Shown piece after piece: positions 25,271 through 32,884 of a DNA stretch of 64,000 bases. The notes under the pieces were generated by a model. It made no database searches. It worked only from the letters and a program-made list of their open reading frames with translations, and was not told where the DNA came from. The position numbers and the translations under genes were made by a program. The stretch is from assembly GCA_964442355.1 (NCBI GenBank), contig CAYTZS010000002.1, positions 10,775 through 74,774 on the forward strand, written 5' to 3'. The DNA comes from an uncultured Saprospiraceae bacterium. Lineage in GTDB: Bacteria; Bacteroidota; Bacteroidia; Chitinophagales; Saprospiraceae. The stretch's first letter is position 1; every line of letters starts with the position of its first letter.

Positions 25271-26872
25271 ATGAAGACTATTCGTACCCACTTCTTTGCT
25301 ACCGTCCGTAAAGCCTTTAACCTTGCCCTGCGGGCAGAAAAGCTACAAACCGACACCGCCGAGGTCATCGGTCAGGCCAAGGAGGCTGCACTCAGCCGCC
25401 GCAAGTTTTTGGAAAACACAGGCAAGACCGTGCTGGCCAGTGCCATTGCCCCCAGTTTCATTCTCAATCCATCTAAGTCGTTCGTCGCTCCGTTCCTTGG
25501 CGGCACAGCGCCCCGCATCGTCATCGTCGGCGGCGGCATTGCTGGCCTGAACGCCTTGCACCACCTGAAAAAGCACAACCTAGACGCCACCATCTACGAA
25601 GCCACCAACCGCACGGGCGGGCGCATGTTCACCGTAAAAGGCGCCATGGGCGAGGGCACTTGGGCAGAGTTTGGTGCGGAGTTCATCGACTCCAACCACC
25701 AGGACATGTGGGACTTGATAAACGAGTTCGAGTTGAAGGACATTGATTACGCCCAAGCCAGCGAAGCGGCATTGGAGGCAGAGGCTTTCTTTTTTGAAGG
25801 CCAACACCGCACGTTGGAGGAGACCGTCAACGCCTTCCGAACCTTCGCTCCACGCATGGCCGCCGATATGGAAAAGCTGCCGGAATACTCGGACATCAAC
25901 TACCGCAACAAAGACCCATTTGTCAAGAAACTGGACAACATGAGCCTTTGCAAATACCTCAAGAAAATCGGTGCAAAGGGCTGGATAAAAAAATTCATCG
26001 AGGTGGCATACGAGTCGGAGTACGGCCTGTCGGCAAAGGTGCAGTCGAGCCTGAACCTCACGGTGCTTATCTCACCAGAAACCGCTGACGGGCGCATTGC
26101 CCTGTTTGGCGAGAGCGACGAGCGCTACAAGGTGCGGGGCGGCAACCAAAGCATCCCAGATGCACTGGCGAAGAAGTACGCATCCCACATCCAAACGAAC
26201 CGCCCGCTGGAGTCAGTGCGGATGGACGGCACGGGCTACAAGCTCCACTTTGGCGGTATGAGCGAGGACGTGAAGGCCGACTATGTCATCCTTGCCCTGC
26301 CCTTTGCAGTACTGCGCAAGTTGGATTTTCCCATCGAAATGCCTCCCCTCAAGCGGGACTGCATTAACAAACTGAGCTTTGGCACCAACGCCAAGCTGAT
26401 GCTCGGCATGAAGTCGCACTTCTGGCGCAAACAAGGCTACACGGGGCTGGTGTACAGCGACAACGGCATTCCCAACGGTTGGGACAACGCCCAATTGCAG
26501 ACCAAGGACAACGAAGCCGCTGGCCTGTCCATCCTCTTCGGTGGACCTGCGGGCGTGAAGGTCGGCGAGGGCACCCCCGATGCGCAGAAGAATATTTACC
26601 TACCCAAATGGGAGCAGATTTACAAAGGCGCCACCGAGCAGTTCAACGGCAAAGTGGCACGGATGCACTGGCCCAGCCACCCGTTCACGCTGTGCAGCTA
26701 TATCTGCCCGACGAAGGGGCAATACACGAGCTTAGTCGGGGCGGAACAAACGCCCGTGGGCAATATCCTTTTCGCTGGGGAACATTGCGGCGGCGACTCT
26801 GCGGGCTTCATGAACGGCGCTGCAAAAAGCGGCAGGGAAGCAGCCGAGGAGATTTTGAAGCGGTTGGATTGA
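25271..26872 (+). CDS. flavin-dependent amine oxidase family protein
   Basis: Trimmed to the ATG at 25271. It has the FAD dinucleotide fold IVIVGGGIAGLNALHHL...EATNRTGGRM and a C-terminal FAGEH block. There is a possible export signal (SRRKFLENTGKTVLASAIA). Confidence 0.8.
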   Translation: MKTIRTHFFATVRKAFNLALRAEKLQTDTAEVIGQAKEAALSRRKFLENTGKTVLASAIAPSFILNPSKSFVAPFLGGTAPRIVIVGGGIAGLNALHHLKKHNLDATIYEATNRTGGRMFTVKGAMGEGTWAEFGAEFIDSNHQDMWDLINEFELKDIDYAQASEAALEAEAFFFEGQHRTLEETVNAFRTFAPRMAADMEKLPEYSDINYRNKDPFVKKLDNMSLCKYLKKIGAKGWIKKFIEVAYESEYGLSAKVQSSLNLTVLISPETADGRIALFGESDERYKVRGGNQSIPDALAKKYASHIQTNRPLESVRMDGTGYKLHFGGMSEDVKADYVILALPFAVLRKLDFPIEMPPLKRDCINKLSFGTNAKLMLGMKSHFWRKQGYTGLVYSDNGIPNGWDNAQLQTKDNEAAGLSILFGGPAGVKVGEGTPDAQKNIYLPKWEQIYKGATEQFNGKVARMHWPSHPFTLCSYICPTKGQYTSLVGAEQTPVGNILFAGEHCGGDSAGFMNGAAKSGREAAEEILKRLD

Positions 26873-26874
26873 GG

Positions 26875-26968
26875 GGTGTTGTTAGTTGTTGGTTGTTGGC
26901 TATTGGCTTGGTGCAGTAACTAACCAACAGCCAACAGCTAATAGCCAATAGCTAACAGCCAATAGCCA
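26875..26968. repeat. GTTGGCTATTGG / CCAATAGCCAAC-word hairpin, copy 1 of 2
   Basis: TGTTGTTAGTTGTTGGTTGTTGGCTATTGGCT ... TAACCAACAGCCAACAGCTAATAGCCAATAGCTAACAGCCAATAGCC. It lies between the convergent stops at 26872 and 26970. Confidence 0.8.
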
Positions 26969-26969
26969 C

Positions 26970-27716
26970 TTATTTTATCCTCGAAAAGTCGGTAGGTGCC
27001 ATGTAAATCGACTCCAGTTTCTCTATGATTTTCCCGTTCTGCTCCGACTCGTCCCGCACTTTTATCCACTTGGGGTCTTTCCTGAAACGGTCAAACGATG
27101 CCTTGCCCGCCTCCTCGTTTTTGTGTGCCAGCAGGTAGATAAGCACGGGTTGTTTGCCGGTTGTCTCCACCGTCGTCCAGTAGGCCACGTTGGTCATGCC
27201 GTGCTTTTTGAAGAGCTTGGTGGTATGGTTCCTGAACCGGGCCAAGATGTTGGGGAGCTTGCCCTCGGCCATCGTGTAGGTGCGCAGCTCGAAGACCCGG
27301 TCGCCTTTTTTCGAGGGTTTTATCTTCGGCGAAAAATCGGTGGCCTCCATGAAAATGGACTCAATCTTCGCTATGATTTTGCCGTTCTCCTCCGACTTTT
27401 TCCAGACATCCAGCCATACTGGGTCTTTCATGAATGCTGCCCAGGATTCCTCCCTCGCCGCTTTGCTGGGGTAGGAGAGCACGTAGTACAGCGCATTGTC
27501 GTCGTTGTGCAGGGGCACCCAGTAGCCTACGTTGGTCATGCCGTGCTTTTCAAACAGCTTGGTGGTGTGGTTCCTGAACCTGTTGAGCAGGTCAGGCAGC
27601 TTGCCGGGCTCGCAGTAGTAGATGCGCATTTCGTAGCACCGGGTGTCCTTGCGCTGCGCAATGGCCATGAGGCTGGTCGCCAACATGAGCGAAGAAAGGA
27701 GTAGCAGTTTTTTCAT
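26970..27716 (-). CDS. tandem NIPSNAP-domain protein, secreted
   Basis: 248 aa with a signal peptide. It has two repeats of the YExRxY...GKLPxxLxRFRNHTTKLFxKHGMTNVxYW pattern. Confidence 0.8.
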   Translation of the reverse strand: MKKLLLLSSLMLATSLMAIAQRKDTRCYEMRIYYCEPGKLPDLLNRFRNHTTKLFEKHGMTNVGYWVPLHNDDNALYYVLSYPSKAAREESWAAFMKDPVWLDVWKKSEENGKIIAKIESIFMEATDFSPKIKPSKKGDRVFELRTYTMAEGKLPNILARFRNHTTKLFKKHGMTNVAYWTTVETTGKQPVLIYLLAHKNEEAGKASFDRFRKDPKWIKVRDESEQNGKIIEKLESIYMAPTDFSRIK

Positions 27717-27726
27717 GTTGAAAGCT

Positions 27727-27811
27727 TTTTTTAATTGGGTTTAGAAGGTTTAGAGGGGTTTAGAGGGTTTAGAAGGGTCATCGTTAAACCTTCTAAACTT
27801 TCTAAACCCCT
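27727..27811. repeat. GGTTTAGRRGG-word hairpin, copy 3 of 4
   Basis: GGGTTTAGAAGGTTTAGAGGGGTTTAGAGGGTTTAGAAGGG ... TAAACCTTCTAAACTTTCTAAACCCCTTCTAAACCTC. It lies just upstream of the NIPSNAP gene start. Confidence 0.8.
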
Positions 27812-28095
27812 TCTAAACCTCATCACCAAATCGCCCCCAAAATAGGAGGTTATTTGGCAAAAGAAACAACATTGACAAAAGCTTACCCCGTGTGGCCAAA
27901 CCCCAATTCTTTGGTGCTGCATTTTTAATAAAACCTTAACCCATTTTTATAAATCCAAGAGCGGGGGTAATGCGGTATATCAACTGTCTAGTTGATTAAA
28001 TTCACTACCGTCTTTTGAACATAAACCCGGTGCAAAACTTTACTTTTATACGGCCTATGCGGAGAAAAACTACCTGACCAAACCACTTGTCAGCC

Positions 28096-31000
28096 ATGCG
28101 AAAATCAATCGCCACCCTTGCCGCATTCGCAGTCATCCTTTGCTGCGCAATCCCTGTTGAAGCACAATATTTTGGCAGAAACAAGCCCAAGTACGAAGAC
28201 TTCAACTTCAAGGTGCTGCAAACGCCGCACTACCAGATTTACCATTACCTGAACAACCCGGAACTGGAGCGGGCACTGGCCAACCAAGCCGAGCATTGGT
28301 ACACGCTTCACCAAGCCGTGCTGGCGGACACCTTTGCCGAGCGCAACCCGCTGCTGTTTTACAACGACCATGCAGACTTCCAGCAAACGAACGCCATTGG
28401 CGGTGAAATCAACATCGGCACGGGCGGGGTGACGGAGGCGCTGAAAAACCGGGTGGTGCTGCCCATTGCCATGTCCAACGAGCAGACCAAGCACGTGCTG
28501 GGCCACGAGCTGGTACACGCCTTCCAGTACAACATGGTGCTCAACGGCGACAGCACTTCCATGCGCAACCTCGGCAACCTCCCACTCTGGATGGTGGAGG
28601 GCCTCGCCGAGTACCTCTCCATTGGTCGCACGGACGCCAACACCGCCCTCTGGATGCGGGATGCCGTGCTCAACGACCGAGTGCCCACCCTGCGTGACCT
28701 CGACAGGCCCGAGTTTTTTCCGTACCGATGGGGGCAAACCTTCTGGGCATTCGTGACCGGGCTAAAAGGCGACGACATCATCCAACCGCTGTTCATGACC
28801 ACGGCACGGGAGGGCTTCGATGTGGCCTGCGTGAAGGTGCTGGGCATGAAGGAAAAAGAACTCTCCAAGCTTTGGGTGAGCGCCATCAAGGACTACTACG
28901 GCCCTTATTTGGGCGACAAAAAAGAGCGCTTCGTGGGCCGCCAACTCATCGGCAAAGACCAAACACGGGAGGGCCGCTACAACATCGCCCCGGTGTTGAG
29001 TCCCAACGGCAAGTACATCGCTTTCCTCTCGGAAAAAGACATCTTCGGCATTGACCTGTACCTCGGCGATGCCGTGACGGGCAAGGTGCTGCGCAAAATC
29101 CACAGCAGCACCAGAGAAAGCCACCTTGACGACCTGAGCTTTATCGAGAACGCCGGAACTTGGTCGCCCGACAGCCGTGAAATCGTTTTCGTGGCCGTGA
29201 GCAAGGGCAACAACGTGTTGGTCATCAAGGACTTGGACGGCAAGCACAAGGAGAGTTTTGAAATACCCGGTGTGCCCGCTTTCAGCAATCCCGCTTGGTC
29301 GCCAGATGGCCGCAGCATCGTGGTGGCTGGGCTGGTGAACGGGCAGGTTGACCTCTTTCAAATCCAATTGTCCAGCAAAAAACTGACGCAACTGACCAAC
29401 GACCGTTTCGCCGAGATGCAGCCTGCTTGGTCGGCGGATGGCAGCCAGTTGGTGTTTGCTACCGACCAATTGAGCTTTGAACGGGGAGCAACCAAATGGA
29501 CGTTCAACCTCGCCATTCGGGACATGGCATCGGGCATCACTACCGTCAACGAGTTCTTCTACGGCGCCGACAACCTCAATCCCGTCTGGGACAACGACGG
29601 CAACATCCTCTTCCTCAGCGACCGGGACGGTTTCCGCAACCTCTACCGCTTCGAACCCGCCACGGGCAAGCTGTTCCAAATGACCGACCTGCTCACGGGC
29701 ATCAGCGGCATCACGCCCTATGCCCCGGCGCTCTCGGCTTCGACGAAAGAGACCCGTGACCGCATCGTTTTTACGCATTATTTCAACGGTGGCTACCGGA
29801 TTTACAGGGCAAAATCGGAGGACTTCATCAACCGGGAAGTGGCCGCTGACGCCGTGGACATGAAGCCTGCGCAGCTCATCAAGACCAACCGCATGGCCCC
29901 CGATTTTGTGAGCAGCAACTTGGCGCAACTGAACAAGCTGCCCTCGCTGCCCGATTCGTCGTTGCAGGCGGTGGCTTACAGGCCCCATTTCAAACTGGAC
30001 TACATCGCAGGTGGCGGCGGTGTGGGCGTGGGCATCGGCAATACTTACGGCGGCCCGGTGTCAGGTATTGGTGGGGGCGTTGACCTTATTTTTGGCGACA
30101 TCGTTGGCGACCACCAAGTTTATTCCAGCATCTTCCTGAACGGCGAGGTATTAGATGCCGGGTTCTCCGCCGCCTATCTCAACCGCAAAAACCGCTTTGG
30201 TTGGGGCGTTGGCCTATCGCATTTGCCTTACCAAAGTGGGCGCTCTGGCTACGTTGGCCTCGATACGCTGCCGATTAAGGATTCGCCCGACCTGTTGTTT
30301 GACCACTATGTTTTTGACCAAATCAGGACCTTTGAAGAAAAGCTCAGCGTCTTTGGGGAGTACCCTTTTTCCAAGACCCTGCGCATCGAGGGCAGCGGTT
30401 CATTTGCATTCTACAACAACCGCATTGACCGCAACCAACTGTACTATGATGCTTTCGGCAACCTGGTTTACCAAGACCGAGAGAAAATCAGCGAAAGGGA
30501 AGCAGGGCTAAACCTCTTTGAGGGAAAACTCGGCACGGCATCCGTGGGCCTTGTTGGTGACAATTCCTACTTTGGCATTGCCTCGCCCACCAAGGGCTAC
30601 CGTTTCCGGTTGAGCGGCGAGCAGTATTTTGGCGACATCAAACTGACGAACCTCACTGCCGACGTCCGCAAATACTTCTTCGTGAAGCCTTTCACCTTTG
30701 CCGTGCGGGCCATGCACCAAGGCCGCTATGGCACCGATGCCAACGCCTTTTACAACCTTTACCTCGGCTACCCGTGGTACATGCGGGGCTACGGCTTCAG
30801 TGATTCGTATGAGATTCTGGAGAAAAACGGCCGTTCTGTGGACGACCTTTTTGGCAGCAAGATGCTGCTCGCCAACGCCGAGGTGCGTATCCCGCTCTCC
30901 GGCCCAGAACAATTGGCGCTGCTGAAGTCCAGGGTCTTGTTTACCGAGCTGTCCTTCTTCACCGATGGCGGCTACGCATGGGATGTCTTCGAAAAACCTA

Positions 31001-31164
31001 CGGAAGGCAACCTGACCCAATTCGATTTCAAGCCACTGTTCAGTGCGGGCGTGTCGCTGCGCATCAACCTCTTCGGGGCGCTGGTGCTGGAACCCTACTA
31101 TGCTTGGCCGCTGCTGAAGGATACGCATGGCAGCTTTGGGTTGAACATTGTGCCGGGATGGTGA
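28096..31164 (+). CDS. outer-membrane fusion protein: HExxH peptidase-like domain + PD40/TolB-type beta-propeller repeats + C-terminal Omp85/surface-antigen-like beta-barrel
   Basis: Trimmed to the ATG at 28096, with a signal peptide. It has HELVH at GHELVHAFQ. PD40-like repeats are SPNGKYIAF, WSPDSREIVF, WSPDGRSIVV and WSADGSQLVF. The C-terminal third has alternating hydrophobic strands and ends in ...NIVPGW. Confidence 0.7.
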   Translation: MRKSIATLAAFAVILCCAIPVEAQYFGRNKPKYEDFNFKVLQTPHYQIYHYLNNPELERALANQAEHWYTLHQAVLADTFAERNPLLFYNDHADFQQTNAIGGEINIGTGGVTEALKNRVVLPIAMSNEQTKHVLGHELVHAFQYNMVLNGDSTSMRNLGNLPLWMVEGLAEYLSIGRTDANTALWMRDAVLNDRVPTLRDLDRPEFFPYRWGQTFWAFVTGLKGDDIIQPLFMTTAREGFDVACVKVLGMKEKELSKLWVSAIKDYYGPYLGDKKERFVGRQLIGKDQTREGRYNIAPVLSPNGKYIAFLSEKDIFGIDLYLGDAVTGKVLRKIHSSTRESHLDDLSFIENAGTWSPDSREIVFVAVSKGNNVLVIKDLDGKHKESFEIPGVPAFSNPAWSPDGRSIVVAGLVNGQVDLFQIQLSSKKLTQLTNDRFAEMQPAWSADGSQLVFATDQLSFERGATKWTFNLAIRDMASGITTVNEFFYGADNLNPVWDNDGNILFLSDRDGFRNLYRFEPATGKLFQMTDLLTGISGITPYAPALSASTKETRDRIVFTHYFNGGYRIYRAKSEDFINREVAADAVDMKPAQLIKTNRMAPDFVSSNLAQLNKLPSLPDSSLQAVAYRPHFKLDYIAGGGGVGVGIGNTYGGPVSGIGGGVDLIFGDIVGDHQVYSSIFLNGEVLDAGFSAAYLNRKNRFGWGVGLSHLPYQSGRSGYVGLDTLPIKDSPDLLFDHYVFDQIRTFEEKLSVFGEYPFSKTLRIEGSGSFAFYNNRIDRNQLYYDAFGNLVYQDREKISEREAGLNLFEGKLGTASVGLVGDNSYFGIASPTKGYRFRLSGEQYFGDIKLTNLTADVRKYFFVKPFTFAVRAMHQGRYGTDANAFYNLYLGYPWYMRGYGFSDSYEILEKNGRSVDDLFGSKMLLANAEVRIPLSGPEQLALLKSRVLFTELSFFTDGGYAWDVFEKPTEGNLTQFDFKPLFSAGVSLRINLFGALVLEPYYAWPLLKDTHGSFGLNIVPGW

Positions 31165-31300
31165 GGATAGTGATGAGAGATGAGTGATGAGGGATGAGTG
31201 GGCTGTAGGTTGTTGGCAGCCAATAGCCAACGACCAACAGCTAACAACCAATAATGACCAATGACACCAACAACCGATGACCAACATCATTGACCACGGC
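31165..31300. repeat. low-complexity word tract (GATGAGNG words, then GTTGGC/CCAATAGCCAAC words), copy 2 of the CCAATAGCC family
   Basis: GAGGATAGTGATGAGAGATGAGTGATGAGGGATGAGTGGGCTGTAGGTTGTTGGCAGCCAATAGCCAACGACCAACAGCTAACAACCAATAATGACCAATGACACCAACAACCGATGACCAAC. Confidence 0.7.
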
Positions 31301-31490
31301 GTTATCGGTTCATACCTTGCAGCATTATCAGGTTATAGTTCAAGCCGCCAAGTATTGGGCGAGGGTTATGAACCAATATTGGGCGGTATAATTCCATAAA
31401 AACATCGAACATGATGGAGCCACCAGAGTATATGCACAAACCAATGAAAACGCACTGTCTCTGAGTGCTCAAGGAATGTAAAATTGCAAG

Positions 31491-31578
31491 GGAGGGTTTA
31501 GAGGGTTTAGGAAGTTTAGGAGGTTTAGTATTAAACCCATCTAAACCCTCTAAACCTCCTAAACCCTCTAAACCTTTT
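31491..31578. repeat. GGTTTAGRRGG-word hairpin, copy 4 of 4
   Basis: GGAGGGTTTAGAGGGTTTAGGAAGTTTAGGAGGTTTAGTA ... TTAAACCCATCTAAACCCTCTAAACCTCCTAAACCCTCTAAACC. Confidence 0.8.
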
Positions 31579-31590
31579 AAATTTAATGCC

Positions 31591-31674
31591 ATGAAAAAGC
31601 TGATTAAATTCGTCCTTGCCGCTATGTTTGTGAAAGGGGTAGTTGATCGGTTTCGCAAGCATCAAGTGGCATAA
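31591..31674 (+). CDS. candidate 27-aa small hydrophobic/basic protein (MKKLIKFVLAAMFVKGVVDRFRKHQVA)
   Basis: An ATG to TAA ORF immediately after the hairpin, with one short hydrophobic helix. There is no other support. Confidence 0.2.
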   Translation: MKKLIKFVLAAMFVKGVVDRFRKHQVA

Positions 31675-31694
31675 ATGATTGGTTGTGGGGTGGT

Positions 31695-31791
31695 GTCGGA
31701 ATCACGGATTTAACGGATAAAAGGATTGCGCTGAATATGCATGCTTGCATATCCGTGAAATCTCATAATCCGCTAAATCTGTGATTCTGAC
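31695..31791. repeat. long hairpin with 24-nt arms, downstream of the 205-aa gene
   Basis: GTCGGAATCACGGATTTAACGGAT ... ATCCGCTAAATCTGTGATTCTGAC pairs at 21 of 24 positions. It has an inner GCATATGCATGC...GCATATCC segment. It likely acts as the terminator of the minus-strand gene ending at 31810. Confidence 0.7.
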
Positions 31792-31809
31792 ATTCATCAA
31801 CAACCCACC

Positions 31810-32427
31810 TCACAGTGCCCTCACCAGCAACTGCACCGGAGGACTCGTCTTCTTGTTTTTCTTGCCATATATTTCCAAGATATTTGGGCCACTGGGCAGG
31901 TTCGTCACTTCAATCAGCAGCGTATCGAATGCATCGTGCATCACAAAATCGTCGCCCACTTTGAGCTTGACGATGAAGAAAGAACTGCCTGCCCGTTCGT
32001 CAATGCGGATGATAGCCGAACCTATCACCGAGCCTACGCTTATAAAAGTAGCACTGAACTCGCTTGGGTCTATGGGCGTTGACTCCTCCTTGTTCAGCCT
32101 AAAACCACTCAGGCCCGCAATATAGCGGTCGCCATTGGCCACCAGCAGCACATAGTTTGAGAGTGGAAGCAGCTCATTCTTGATAAAATCTGCTTTCCTT
32201 TTTTGCATCAAATTGGTCGTCGTCGTGTTCTTTTCGTTTTCAGGCACCACAGCGTCTTTCAACAAATTCAATGCAGCCGCCAAAGCCAGCATGGTTACTG
32301 GCGGGGCAGTAAATACATCGGCATGGTTGGTCATGCCTTCAAGGACACTTTCGCCATCAGCAATGACGGTTGAAACTGGTGATTTTTCAGTAGGCAAAAT
32401 GATGAAAAGTTTTTTTCTGCGAGCCAT
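31810..32427 (-). CDS. hypothetical protein (orphan, 205 aa)
   Basis: ATG start and no signal peptide. The N-terminal half looks helical (LALAAALNLLKDAV) and the C-terminal half looks beta-rich. I recognise no family. It lies 72 nt downstream of the 21-bp repeat array. Confidence 0.6.
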   Translation of the reverse strand: MARRKKLFIILPTEKSPVSTVIADGESVLEGMTNHADVFTAPPVTMLALAAALNLLKDAVVPENEKNTTTTNLMQKRKADFIKNELLPLSNYVLLVANGDRYIAGLSGFRLNKEESTPIDPSEFSATFISVGSVIGSAIIRIDERAGSSFFIVKLKVGDDFVMHDAFDTLLIEVTNLPSGPNILEIYGKKNKKTSPPVQLLVRAL

Positions 32428-32499
32428 AAATGTTAGATTTTATTGTTAAAAAAATGGTTTACGGTTTGTGAATGCCTCAAATAAATGCTCCATTAGGCT

Positions 32500-32772
32500 C
32501 CAAGTCACGGCAAGCCATTGCCAAGTCATGGCAAGCCCTTTCCAAGTCACGGCAGGCCATTGCCAAGTCATGGCAAGCCCCTTCCAAGTCATGGCAAGCC
32601 CTTTCCAAGTCACGGCAGGCCATTGCCAAGTCATGGCAGGCCATTGCCAAGTCACGGCAAGCCCCTTCCAAGTCACGGCAAGCCCTTTCCAAGTCACGGC
32701 AGGCCATTGCCAAGTCACGGCAGGCCATTGCCAAGTCATGGCAAGCCCCTGCCAAGTCATGGCAGGCTTGTT
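32500..32772. repeat. tandem array of 13 x 21 bp, consensus CCAAGTCAYGGCARGCC(ATTG/CYTT), with no spacers
   Basis: The units were counted directly as 32500-32520, 32521-32541, and so on to 32752-32772. The last unit is degenerate. All six frames are open across the array. Confidence 0.95.
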
Positions 32773-32799
32773 TGCTAAAAAGCTTGCGTGGTAGCCCTA

Positions 32800-32883
32800 C
32801 TTGTCATTGGTGTTCATCGCCATCCGGTTGATGGCGATGGTTTTCTCGAAGATGTTCTTGATGCTGTATTTATACAGCTCATT
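32800..32883 (-). pseudogene. possible 3' stump of a disrupted gene (…NELYKYSIKNIFEKTIAINRMAMNTNDK*)
   Basis: A 28-codon open stretch with native-looking G+C. It starts 1 nt after the nuclease gene's stop codon, and a TAG overlapping that stop closes the frame just upstream. It ends at the TAG at 32799..32797. Confidence 0.25.
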
Positions 32884-32884
32884 G

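Noticed and set aside
32446-32760. Trp-rich heptad-repeat protein (MTWQGLAMTWQWPAVTW...) encoded by the repeat array
   Set aside because: All six frames are open across the array, as expected for a stop-free repeat. Every unit polymorphism changes the amino acid in this frame, so there is no synonymous bias. The non-repeat tail is only about 20 codons. I cannot fully exclude it without Ribo-seq.
32500-32772. CRISPR array
   Set aside because: The 21-bp units are directly abutting with no spacers. The unit is shorter than known CRISPR repeats. No cas genes are present in the window.
32500-32772. A stack of sigma-54 (-24/-12) promoters, because the units contain TGGCAG-GCCA-TTGC
   Set aside because: The spacing is TGGCAG-N4-TTGC, one base shorter than the strict TGGCAC-N5-TTGC geometry. 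No sigma-54 activator (EBP) gene is nearby.
32815-32839. Terminator of the nuclease gene (CATCGCCATC-CGGTT-GATGGCGATG)
   Set aside because: The U-tract (GTTTTCT) lies on the plus-strand side, not on the minus strand where the nuclease gene is transcribed. The palindrome sits inside the putative gene stump, so it may be incidental.
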